Below are positions 18,543 to 27,650 of a DNA stretch of 64,000 bases, piece by piece (position 1 is the stretch's first letter; every line of letters begins with the position of its first letter). Source of the stretch: a virus. Lineage: Duplodnaviria; Heunggongvirae; Uroviricota; Caudoviricetes. Below the pieces are notes generated by a model, which searched no databases, was not told where the DNA came from, and saw only the letters and a program-made list of their open reading frames with translations. The position numbers were made by a program, and so were the translations under genes. Location: positions 36,031 through 100,030 of the IMG/VR virus record IMGVR_UViG_3300042535_000037; one strand, 5' to 3'.

Positions 18543-19223
18543 ATGAGTAGGAAATACTTGAAAATAGATACCCTCTGGAAGAGAAGAGAAGGAAAGAAAG
18601 GAGCAGTAATTCCAAATGACTACTCCAATCCAGTTTTTCCAAACATAAAAATGTGGATTGCCACAGAAAAAATCAATGGAGAAAACATTCGTATTATGTA
18701 CGATGGCTCTACAAAGACAGTTTCATATGCTGGAAAAACTGATGATGCAGAAATATTTCCAGAGATAATGGATTATCTTCAGGAAAAATTCAGCATAGAG
18801 AAATTCAGAGCTCTTGATAATTTTGACGAAGATACCGACATAACAATTTTCGCTGAGGCTTGCCATAAAAGAATATTAGATTCATATGTATATTTAAAAT
18901 CAGACGAAGTTGCCAAGGTCATCATTTTTGATGTTAAAATAGGCAAGTGGTGGCTGGAACACAACAATGTAATTTCAATTGCAACACATTTTGTTGTTGA
19001 TAATGCACCAGTTCGCTACATAGGAACCATTGAAGAATTGATTAAATTTGTAGTTAAGGAGCAGCAAAGTGTACTTACATATCCTAAAGAAGTAACATTC
19101 GAAGGAATTGTTTGTACTCCACATCCAATGGTGCTCAATCGTGACGGAACTCCCGTTAAGTTCAAGCTAAAGGTTGAAGATTTCCGCAAGCTAAAAGCCA
19201 TAGGCGAAGAATACAAGGTGTAA
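18543..19223 (+). CDS. minimal RNA-ligase-like nucleotidyltransferase (Rnl2-like core)
   Basis: motif I KINGEN, motif III FAEACH, motif IV EGIVC, motif V KFKLK. Confidence 0.55.
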   Translation: MSRKYLKIDTLWKRREGKKGAVIPNDYSNPVFPNIKMWIATEKINGENIRIMYDGSTKTVSYAGKTDDAEIFPEIMDYLQEKFSIEKFRALDNFDEDTDITIFAEACHKRILDSYVYLKSDEVAKVIIFDVKIGKWWLEHNNVISIATHFVVDNAPVRYIGTIEELIKFVVKEQQSVLTYPKEVTFEGIVCTPHPMVLNRDGTPVKFKLKVEDFRKLKAIGEEYKV

Positions 19224-19225
19224 AA

Positions 19226-19771
19226 ATGGTAATCGGATTTACAGGAACTCATTGTACAGGAAAGAGTACTCTTGTTAGACAATTAACTAAAATTGGCTAC
19301 CGCGAAGTATCAAACTCAATTCGTGACTATATAGCTAAGTTCCCGCAATATCAGGAACAATTCTTCAAGGGAGATGAGGCTCTTCAGTTTCACTTCTTAC
19401 ATCAACATATAAACAGAACATGTGCTCCCCATTATCCTTCAGCTTCAGACCGCACCTCAATAGACTATCTTGCTTACTACATGCGTCTACCCGAACAAAA
19501 GTTCCCTGAAATGTATAAGGAGCTCGCTATGTCTGCTCTCATCAACTACGATGTAATTTTCTATACTCCAATAGAGTTTGAATTCATAGATGATAATCTA
19601 CGATTTAAAGACGATTCGCGTGTTCAGGTAGATGAAAACATCTGCTCAATAATTCGTGAGATAAAAAAGGATGATACATACGTAGACATAATACCAGTGA
19701 CAGGCTCCATTCAAGAACGAATGAACACAATTGCAGATACTCTTAGAGAAATGAGAATGGTCATTCACTGA
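19226..19771 (+). CDS. P-loop kinase (polynucleotide/nucleotide kinase-like)
   Basis: Walker A GFTGTHCTGKST; starts 2 nt after ligase-like gene. Confidence 0.55.
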   Translation: MVIGFTGTHCTGKSTLVRQLTKIGYREVSNSIRDYIAKFPQYQEQFFKGDEALQFHFLHQHINRTCAPHYPSASDRTSIDYLAYYMRLPEQKFPEMYKELAMSALINYDVIFYTPIEFEFIDDNLRFKDDSRVQVDENICSIIREIKKDDTYVDIIPVTGSIQERMNTIADTLREMRMVIH

Positions 19772-20208
19772 CCACTCTTTTTACCCCATTTTCTAGCCCA
19801 ATATTCCTCAAATTCTCCTGTAGTGGGTTTATAACCTTTTATAACGGCTACAGGAACCAAAGTATTTCCTAATTTTCCATTATCAATTAACCATTTTACA
19901 GCCATTACTCTATGTCTTCCTTCCTGACCATTTCTATCATAATCAAGAATTGCAATAGGAAAAATGCTACCTTTTTGCATCTCTAAAGCATATTTTTCAA
20001 TAAGCTTTCCATTAAGCATAGCCATTTCTCTACTTATATTTCCTTTATGTACCTTAGAGCTCTCAATCAAATAAGAGTTAGGAGTCATATGCTTAATTTC
20101 AAGCACCCTTCCCTTTTCATACTTGAAATATTCCGGCTTCTCCAACATATCTTCTATGTCATAACCTGTACCAGTTATCTTGAAAAATTTATCTCCTTGA
20201 TATTCCAA
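19765..20208 (-). CDS. ParB/sulfiredoxin-fold (ParB-like nuclease domain) protein, paralog 1
   Basis: QEGRHRVMAV motif; paralog of 55707..56084. Confidence 0.55.
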   Translation of the reverse strand: MEYQGDKFFKITGTGYDIEDMLEKPEYFKYEKGRVLEIKHMTPNSYLIESSKVHKGNISREMAMLNGKLIEKYALEMQKGSIFPIAILDYDRNGQEGRHRVMAVKWLIDNGKLGNTLVPVAVIKGYKPTTGEFEEYWARKWGKKSGQ

Positions 20209-20209
20209 A

Positions 20210-20455
20210 TTACCACCTGAAAACTGCTTTTATGAACACTCTTGTCAAGACAATAATTGTTGAAACCATTATTAAAATAATGATTATAAAAATAACTATT
20301 CCCATTGGCAACCATAACGGAGAAAACACCCATATCCAGCTTATATCGGTGTACCCCATTATTTTTAACACCACTAACGCAATTGTCAAAAGTCCAAGGA
20401 ACCCTATTCCCTCTCTTTTGACGATAGTTCTTTCTATTATCGTGGTTTCAGTCAT
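20210..20455 (-). CDS. small membrane protein
   Basis: hydrophobic. Confidence 0.4.
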   Translation of the reverse strand: MTETTIIERTIVKREGIGFLGLLTIALVVLKIMGYTDISWIWVFSPLWLPMGIVIFIIIILIMVSTIIVLTRVFIKAVFRW

Positions 20456-20527
20456 AACAACAAATCATCAACCATGCTTATAAATCTTTCTAATAAGCTT
20501 TATATATCAAAAAATCAATTATTAACT

Positions 20528-20641
20528 ATGATGGAAATAGTATATTGTGAAAATTGTAAAAAGGTTAGGTTTGTATCAGTTTCAGGAAATAAATACCAAT
20601 GTACTGAATGTGGAAACATCTTTGAAATAAAAGACCAATAA
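20528..20641 (+). CDS. 37-aa zinc-ribbon mini-protein
   Basis: CENC...CTEC. Confidence 0.35.
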   Translation: MMEIVYCENCKKVRFVSVSGNKYQCTECGNIFEIKDQ

Positions 20642-20680
20642 TTTTTTATACATAAAACACCATTATTCATTGTGATTTAG

Positions 20681-21169
20681 ATGACATTTAATATAACTCA
20701 TTTTTTTTCAAAAATTCCTCATGATAAGGAAAGTGAGATAGAGTATCTCGGAGAAAAATGTACCTTACAAATAGATGGTTCAAAAAAGCCCATTGTATAT
20801 GTCAACGTAACTTCATTTCAAGGATTTGGATTTGCTAATCATGTTTATGCCACTTTGAGAGTACCTAGACTAATTTGTAACTCTAAATTAATAAGAGTTT
20901 ACAAAGAATTCAAAATGGATGTAAAATATCCCGCACCTAGATTAATAAAACATGGTAATAAAGTTGATGTGACAAAAGGTTCATTAACATCAAGATTCGA
21001 CTCAATAGAATCCCTAATTATTGCTGTGGAATCTCATTTTAATCAAATTTTCGGAGAGCCTTGGGAACTACAATCATACGATAACTATTTTAGGTATACA
21101 GATTTAGAAACATGGGAAACTACAAAATCATTACTTAGAAGCATATACGGTGAGACAGATGAACTTTGA
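20681..21169 (+). CDS. hypothetical protein
   Basis: canonical promoter at 20641-20680. Confidence 0.55.
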   Translation: MTFNITHFFSKIPHDKESEIEYLGEKCTLQIDGSKKPIVYVNVTSFQGFGFANHVYATLRVPRLICNSKLIRVYKEFKMDVKYPAPRLIKHGNKVDVTKGSLTSRFDSIESLIIAVESHFNQIFGEPWELQSYDNYFRYTDLETWETTKSLLRSIYGETDEL

Positions 21170-21815
21170 AAAAGAAATACCTAAATTTTTACACTCTACT
21201 GTTCAAAACTCAGATTTACGAACTAAAACAGTAGTTCAAACCCTGAGAGTAGGAAATTCCAACCTAGTTTTGTTTGGAAATATAGAAATGAAAACATATA
21301 ACCATATCAATGTTTTATCGGAGATAACCTACTCAGTAGTTCCCGCTAACTTCTTGGTAATTCCATACCAATATGTAATGGAAGCTAAAAAACCCATCTT
21401 ATTCAAGACACCAAATCTTGCTCACTTTCTCAACAGAGACATGCAAAAATTAATAGATGAAACACTTCTTGATTCTTCAAGATTCTTCATTGGTGTCATT
21501 GAAAAACTTCTCGTAAAAATCGATGAAGACTTAGTTGATGCAGAAAACTCAATTATCATTATAGGAAATGAACTTGATATTAAACTTGATGAAATGAGAA
21601 ATGATGAGTATATACCAAAAAGTATTTTAGGTGAAGTACAAGGTATAGAAATATGTGCTAGAAATAGTGATGCTATGACCCATAAAATTAGAATTGAAAA
21701 GCTAACGACCTTCAAAGACGCATTAAAGGAAAATCTGAATACTCTCAGGTCAAATTTCATAATTATAGAGTCTGAACAGGAGCATCTAACTAATGTTAGA
21801 AAAACTATTTCCTAA
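21150..21815 (+). CDS. hypothetical protein
   Basis: ORF overlapping upstream gene end. Confidence 0.45.
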   Translation: MRQMNFEKEIPKFLHSTVQNSDLRTKTVVQTLRVGNSNLVLFGNIEMKTYNHINVLSEITYSVVPANFLVIPYQYVMEAKKPILFKTPNLAHFLNRDMQKLIDETLLDSSRFFIGVIEKLLVKIDEDLVDAENSIIIIGNELDIKLDEMRNDEYIPKSILGEVQGIEICARNSDAMTHKIRIEKLTTFKDALKENLNTLRSNFIIIESEQEHLTNVRKTIS

Positions 21816-22032
21816 TAACGATGTGAAAGAAGAGGATGTTCTCTTCTTTGCAAACATATTACTTTTTGTAGCATCAATTATCTACAAAATTAGATATCAG
21901 ACCTTCCCAATAGTTGAATTCATAATTGTATACACTTCATACCAGTTTTACATAAAACACTATAAGAAAAACGTTATATACCTTTCACTCACAGCTATAT
22001 CTATAGTAATAATTACCCTACTACCATATTAA
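21793..22032 (+). CDS. small membrane protein
   Basis: hydrophobic. Confidence 0.4.
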   Translation: MLEKLFPNNDVKEEDVLFFANILLFVASIIYKIRYQTFPIVEFIIVYTSYQFYIKHYKKNVIYLSLTAISIVIITLLPY

Positions 22033-22704
22033 GTGATTATCATGACAAAAATTGTAGAAATTGAACGTGAAAACGGATGCATCGAATGTGTTTCTCATAG
22101 AGCAGTTAATGGAAATCCTCTTACTATTCTCGAAGATGGTAAAAGAATTAAGTACTCTGAACTAAAATGGAAAATGGAAAAAGGAGAGATACCAGCCGAT
22201 ATGTCTATTTCTTACTTATGTGGAAATCCTAATTGTGGAAATCCAGACCATATGACCCTTATTACTAAAAAAGAAAAATATAACTTCTTCTCAAGAAATG
22301 GTATAGACTTCTATATTGGAAAATCAAATCTCACTCCCGAAATAATCAGATACATCTATGTTGCACCAGCAGAAATGAGCAATAAAGATGTTTCTCAAGA
22401 CGTATTCTTCAAATTCGAAAGAAGAATAAAGACAGATACAATATCTGGAATTCGTAAAGGAAAGAGGTTTGTAGAAATGACTCAAGACCTTGAATCTCCA
22501 ATTCTAGGCAAAGGAATCCGTAGCGAGATGTCAACTGGTAAAAGTAAAAAGAAATTTAGAATTACGGTTGACCAATTAACTCCTGAGCAAATAGAAAAAA
22601 TCAAAGTAGAAGATGCTGTAATTAACCACTTCACCTCAAAATTCAATGTTTCCAAAAAAACCATTAAAGCTATTCGTAGTGGAAAATACTCAGTATCATT
22701 ATGA
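22033..22704 (+). CDS. HNH-like (HNH_3-type) endonuclease-related protein
   Basis: SHRAVNG...YLCGNPNCGNPDHM...resembles HNH_3 HR..DH.NG..N motifs. Confidence 0.4.
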   Translation: MIIMTKIVEIERENGCIECVSHRAVNGNPLTILEDGKRIKYSELKWKMEKGEIPADMSISYLCGNPNCGNPDHMTLITKKEKYNFFSRNGIDFYIGKSNLTPEIIRYIYVAPAEMSNKDVSQDVFFKFERRIKTDTISGIRKGKRFVEMTQDLESPILGKGIRSEMSTGKSKKKFRITVDQLTPEQIEKIKVEDAVINHFTSKFNVSKKTIKAIRSGKYSVSL

Positions 22705-23095
22705 TGAGATAAAACTCATCAACATCTTTTTATATGTATTTTTTCATTTTACCACTATGTTCATACAAAAAATCAAGTATCTAATATTATTCTACGTCAT
22801 CGGAGATTTAGCAACCACAATATACGCCATCAACAACGGTTTAGCGTATGAGGGAAACCCGCTAATGGCTCCATTGGTAGATTATTCAATATACCTTGCT
22901 CCACTTGCAGCAAAGATATTCATAATTGGACTGTTGTATGCTTGCTATATTTATACAACAAACGAACCTGTAACAAAACTTGGAAAGAAGACTTATACCA
23001 CTAAATCATTCTTTAATGGTGCAGTAGTAATAATAACAGTTATAGGTATCCTTGTCACCCTGAATAATATCATGGTGATATTCGACATCCTATAA
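22646..23095 (+). CDS. multi-pass membrane protein
   Basis: several TM helices. Confidence 0.4.
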   Translation: MFPKKPLKLFVVENTQYHYDEIKLINIFLYVFFHFTTMFIQKIKYLILFYVIGDLATTIYAINNGLAYEGNPLMAPLVDYSIYLAPLAAKIFIIGLLYACYIYTTNEPVTKLGKKTYTTKSFFNGAVVIITVIGILVTLNNIMVIFDIL

Positions 23096-23126
23096 CCTTT
23101 TATACTTCCTTTTCCTTCTCTTCTTC

Positions 23127-23273
23127 ATGGCAACACGAAGAAAAATTCAGCATGATTACAAACCTATCAAAACAAGAAACTCCCCTATGATTCCAGTAAT
23201 TGCAGGTGTAGTTTTTACGCTTATTTTCATTGGAATTATTTCAGTATTTATTTACATTATGGGTAATGTATAG
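23127..23273 (+). CDS. 48-aa membrane peptide
   Basis: single TM. Confidence 0.3.
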   Translation: MATRRKIQHDYKPIKTRNSPMIPVIAGVVFTLIFIGIISVFIYIMGNV

Positions 23274-23318
23274 TAAATTTTATATACTTTGAGCACCATT
23301 ACTCATATGGTGATTCAA

Positions 23319-24281
23319 ATGTCAAAGATTGTATCAATAATTGCAGTTTTAGTAATCGGAATGATTGCTGGAATTGCAGGATTCTATCTTTCTTCAAACT
23401 ATCAAATTGTACAGACTTCCGAACAACCAACAACTACAGTTACAACTTCAACTCCGGTAGTGAACACTCCCGAAGTAGTGGTTCCAGCAGTAGATGTAAC
23501 TGAGAATAGGGAATATGTAAATGAGCAGGATGATGTCTTCGGAAAGATTGAGGACTCAGAGCCAGTAATTGTAACTCCATCATATAAGACTGCATACATC
23601 GTAGACTCAGAAAAGGAGATTACAACCTACCTCGCAAGAAATCTCTACCCAACTGAGACATTCATATACTCAATCAATTACAACTCAACAACCTCTAAGT
23701 CAAACATTGCAGAATCATACAAGATTCTGATATTCAAGGAAATAGACTACGTGGATTGGAACCTCTCATCAAATGAGGAATACATATACAGTGACCAGTA
23801 TGTAGAATACATGTGCTCACAGAAAGACCTTGAGAGATATAAGAACCAGAAGACTACAACAAAGATTGTATACGTTGAGACCCCTGTATATGTCTCAACA
23901 GATGTAGCAACCCCACCGGAAGTAGGAGATGTAAGTGTTCCTACTACATCAATGCCAGCAGAGTTTGATGTATCATACTCTACTTGGTATAGTGTATACC
24001 CTGAAACCTCAGATGGAACATGTAAGATGGATGTGTATGTAGAATATGTCATAACAAATAGTGGTGACTCATTCGGAACTTATACATTTACATCGGACCT
24101 GATTACATACTCAATGGATGGATTCTCTCTAGGAATGGGAGACAAGATTATCAGTGTAGATTGCTACGGACATGAGTCTGTAACAACGATAAGTACATTC
24201 GAGGTATATGTGACTTCAGAGTCAGTAAGTGATTATGATTCTGGATTCAGAGGATTTAATGTAATAAACGAGGAAATCTAA
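23319..24281 (+). CDS. membrane-anchored Thr-rich protein, paralog 1
   Basis: canonical promoter (ccattactcatatggtgattcaaATG); N-terminal TM; paralog of 24399..25238. Confidence 0.55.
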   Translation: MSKIVSIIAVLVIGMIAGIAGFYLSSNYQIVQTSEQPTTTVTTSTPVVNTPEVVVPAVDVTENREYVNEQDDVFGKIEDSEPVIVTPSYKTAYIVDSEKEITTYLARNLYPTETFIYSINYNSTTSKSNIAESYKILIFKEIDYVDWNLSSNEEYIYSDQYVEYMCSQKDLERYKNQKTTTKIVYVETPVYVSTDVATPPEVGDVSVPTTSMPAEFDVSYSTWYSVYPETSDGTCKMDVYVEYVITNSGDSFGTYTFTSDLITYSMDGFSLGMGDKIISVDCYGHESVTTISTFEVYVTSESVSDYDSGFRGFNVINEEI

Positions 24282-24398
24282 ATGTTGAACCTGAGAATTT
24301 TCTTAGTGGGAATTCTCTTCACTCTTTTTCTTTGTGGAGTAGGATTCCTTAGCATACTTTTAAATACATAAAACACATACTTTATGTAGGTGACTTAA

Positions 24399-25238
24399 AT
24401 GTCCGAGGAAATAAATGATATAATTGACCTTAGAAGAGTTCCTAAGAAGAAGTCAAATTTACCATATACATTAGTAATGGTTATACTTGGCTTTGTACTT
24501 GGAGCAGGAGCCTTTTACATAGCATCTGACTACAATACAGTTGTGCCAATAAGCAGCCCTGTAGTGACTCAGACAGTAGATGACCTTGGAATAGTTTCAG
24601 GTAACGCAAATGTAATAACCAAGAGCGTTAACCAAGCCTATAATGTAGCTTACGTGGCTCCATCTATGGTTGATGTAACAGACTATCTATCCAGAAGTCT
24701 TGACTCTTCAGAGATATATATCCCATCAAGTTCATATACACAAGCAACCGCTCAGGCAAATCTTACGGTCCAATACAACATTATAATAACTGACCCTTCA
24801 GATGCGCCATCGTGGGTACTCGCGCCCAATGAGCAACTTTTGTATACAAATATTGACAACAACATAATTGGAACACAAGAATCTGAAACATCAGTAGAGC
24901 CTAACTTCATGGTTCTAACGGACCTGAAGTACTCTCAAGCACTTGATGTTGAACCATCTATGGAAGACAAGGTTCCAATTTACATCACAGTAACATACAA
25001 AATCAATAACTTGGGAGAAACAACTGACAGTTGTGTATTCTCATCAACAATTGATTATGTAAACGTTAACGATGGAGTTAGAAGTACAATGTATGATGAC
25101 TCCGTTGTAGTAAAAGACTTAGAATCTGACAAGATTAGAACAAAGGAAGTCACTTATAAGGGAGAAATGACCCTTCATGAGTGGGAATGCATACAAAATA
25201 ATCTTGCCACATTCGAGGTTACAACAGCGATGTTGTAA
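24399..25238 (+). CDS. membrane-anchored protein, paralog 2
   Basis: N-terminal TM, shared blocks with 23319..24281. Confidence 0.55.
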   Translation: MSEEINDIIDLRRVPKKKSNLPYTLVMVILGFVLGAGAFYIASDYNTVVPISSPVVTQTVDDLGIVSGNANVITKSVNQAYNVAYVAPSMVDVTDYLSRSLDSSEIYIPSSSYTQATAQANLTVQYNIIITDPSDAPSWVLAPNEQLLYTNIDNNIIGTQESETSVEPNFMVLTDLKYSQALDVEPSMEDKVPIYITVTYKINNLGETTDSCVFSSTIDYVNVNDGVRSTMYDDSVVVKDLESDKIRTKEVTYKGEMTLHEWECIQNNLATFEVTTAML

Positions 25239-25282
25239 CCAAAGCTTTTTATATATAAAACACCTTTTTAGTGTGGTGAACC

Positions 25283-26053
25283 ATGTTAGAAATCCAGCCA
25301 ATTGTATCTATCAATGCTCAGACATTCTCTGAAGCATACATGAAGGTTCTATGGAACATTAAAGAAGTTGGCGTAGAACACAAACCAGATTACAACGTTT
25401 CAACAAAAAGAATTTATCTTGCACTCTTTGTAAAAGACGTAAACTCTGACCAGTTAAGTCCAATCTGTCCTCTTAAAGAGGAATCTCTCAAGCTCTACAA
25501 AGATGAGCTTAAAGAAGAGTATGCAGAATGGTATGTCTCCCTTCCAGATGATGACAAACGCAAGTTTGACTATTGCTACGCCAAGCAGCTCTACAAGTTT
25601 GGTACAGAAGACATGAATACTCTCAGGATGAACCTTCTCAGTCTTCGCGTAGGCTCCCGAAGACATGCAGCCGCTCTATGGGATAACCGTCTTCACATCG
25701 AAAAATATGAAGACCAGCCATGTTGGGTCTTCTACAAGTTGGAGCTCCTGAGCGAAACAGACCTTCTCGTCTACATTACATATCGTTCATGGGATGCCTT
25801 TGGTGGACTTCCATTTAACCTTCCTGCAATTACTCATGGAATCCAAGACACCATTAAGAAACTCAACCTACCCTACAACATAGTTGGTTTCTTTGCAAAT
25901 GGCTACGATACTCACATATATGAAACTGACCAGAAGCAGGCATTTGATGGTCTCAAGAACTACTCCCCATGTTCAAAATGTGGAGAACCAACCCTTAAAT
26001 CACAAATGACCTTTAATTCAAAGGGTCTTTGTTGTAAAAGCTGCCTGAAGTGA
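25283..26053 (+). CDS. divergent thymidylate synthase (ThyA) family enzyme with C-terminal zinc ribbon; TS or pyrimidine hydroxymethylase
   Basis: SRRHAAALWD, PCWVFYKLEL (catalytic Cys), YITYRSWDAFGGLPFNLP (RS..D...N), GYDTHIY (H,Y) match ThyA cores; N-terminal third diverged; CSKCG...CCKSC tail. Confidence 0.7.
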   Translation: MLEIQPIVSINAQTFSEAYMKVLWNIKEVGVEHKPDYNVSTKRIYLALFVKDVNSDQLSPICPLKEESLKLYKDELKEEYAEWYVSLPDDDKRKFDYCYAKQLYKFGTEDMNTLRMNLLSLRVGSRRHAAALWDNRLHIEKYEDQPCWVFYKLELLSETDLLVYITYRSWDAFGGLPFNLPAITHGIQDTIKKLNLPYNIVGFFANGYDTHIYETDQKQAFDGLKNYSPCSKCGEPTLKSQMTFNSKGLCCKSCLK

Positions 26054-26081
26054 TAACATAGAAGTAGCCAAACGAAGTAAT

Positions 26082-26438
26082 ATGAAGGCAAATTATGACC
26101 TTCTTGATTTAATTTATAATATCAAGAAAAATCATAAGGACTTATCTATGCATAAGTCTTTTACATTTCAAGACCTAGTAAAAAATGAATGGATAAGAGA
26201 AAAGTTCACAGATGGCAAACTACGTGGAAAACTAATCCACTTGACACATACAGGCGTTTTAGACATTAAAAAAGAAAAATGTGTAAACTATTATAGTGTC
26301 AATGGTCACGTACATGCCTATTATGTAGAACATCGTGGAGTTAAATCATGTCAGACAACATCGAAGAGCAATTTGACGAATCAGGAGATTCCGAATCAGG
26401 AAAGAAAGAATCCAGAATCTCCCCACCAATCCATGTGA
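26082..26438 (+). CDS. hypothetical protein
   Basis: ORF; overlaps next. Confidence 0.35.
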   Translation: MKANYDLLDLIYNIKKNHKDLSMHKSFTFQDLVKNEWIREKFTDGKLRGKLIHLTHTGVLDIKKEKCVNYYSVNGHVHAYYVEHRGVKSCQTTSKSNLTNQEIPNQERKNPESPHQSM

Positions 26439-26872
26439 TAGATGCATATTGGATTGTAATAGCAGACAGGGAATTCAATGTACTCATCAAAAAAGATGAC
26501 AAGTTCATAACTACTTGGCATTACATAGAACCAGTTACAGCATTCAAAGCAATTCACCGCGAAATGCTCAAAGCTGCAATCCGCAATCATGCTCTTCAGA
26601 ATAAGAACGATACCCTACTCGGACTCATCCACATGATAAACAATTTCAATGAAAAATATCTCAATGAAGTTGTAAGCAGGATTGATACCCCAGAGTTCAG
26701 GGATACTTTTGCCGAACTCAACAAAGAACGCCTCGCCAGAGAAGCTATTCGTATCAAAGACTTAGAGGATACTAAGAAAAGTAAGAAGCGCGGAAAAGCG
26801 AAAGATATATCTGATGCTGACTTCATAGGTGTTACTGAGGAACCTGAAGAGCCTGAAGAGGACTCGGAGTAA
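26348..26872 (+). CDS. hypothetical acidic protein
   Basis: ORF. Confidence 0.45.
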   Translation: MSDNIEEQFDESGDSESGKKESRISPPIHVIDAYWIVIADREFNVLIKKDDKFITTWHYIEPVTAFKAIHREMLKAAIRNHALQNKNDTLLGLIHMINNFNEKYLNEVVSRIDTPEFRDTFAELNKERLAREAIRIKDLEDTKKSKKRGKAKDISDADFIGVTEEPEEPEEDSE

Positions 26873-26876
26873 TTTC

Positions 26877-27626
26877 ATGCAAAATACCCAAAGTATCATA
26901 GATTGTTGTGGTCACTGCGGAAATAAAATCAATGAGGATGCCTTCAATCGTGGCATCTTCAAACAACTATACGATGTACTTCCAGAATTCAAAAAAGACG
27001 AAGTTGACATCCAAAGAGAAGGAATTTGCCTAGATTGTTTCATGGAAATTTCTGAATTTTTCACGGATGTAGAAGTAGATGAAACAACAAACGAAGACCT
27101 TCTTATTCAGTTTGAAGAATCAGAGATTCTTGCAGGTGGATACCGCCTTTTTAATCAAGTGTTAGTTGGCTTGGGAGACAACCCATTTCCAATTATAGAC
27201 AAAATGCTTGAAATTCTAGAAAATAAATTTGGAGATTATGGTTACATATACCTATTTAACTCTACTCCAATTGGAAATCTAATTTCAATATCATTGTACT
27301 GTAAACCAGAGCAACCAATCATTCTTGATAACTACAAGAATGCTCACATAAAACTTCGTATGAAACTCCGTGAAATAAAAAATAATTATGGAGTTGAACT
27401 CAAATCAATAATTAATGGCAACAGAATAGAACTTCACATATTATCACCTATTAATACAATTATTTGCACTGCTGATTTCTTCCAAATCACGAACATAGAA
27501 AATCATATATTCTACTCAGAATTCTACACAGAAAAAGAAAAAACTGAAATTCTAAGTGGAATGCTCCAAATTAAAATCAACGACATTAACGAAGAAATCT
27601 ACGAAATCATAATGCAGCAAGTATAA
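26877..27626 (+). CDS. protein with N-terminal zinc ribbon
   Basis: CCGHCG...CLDC. Confidence 0.5.
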   Translation: MQNTQSIIDCCGHCGNKINEDAFNRGIFKQLYDVLPEFKKDEVDIQREGICLDCFMEISEFFTDVEVDETTNEDLLIQFEESEILAGGYRLFNQVLVGLGDNPFPIIDKMLEILENKFGDYGYIYLFNSTPIGNLISISLYCKPEQPIILDNYKNAHIKLRMKLREIKNNYGVELKSIINGNRIELHILSPINTIICTADFFQITNIENHIFYSEFYTEKEKTEILSGMLQIKINDINEEIYEIIMQQV

Positions 27627-27650
27627 ATACTTCTTTCTCTATTTCTATTT

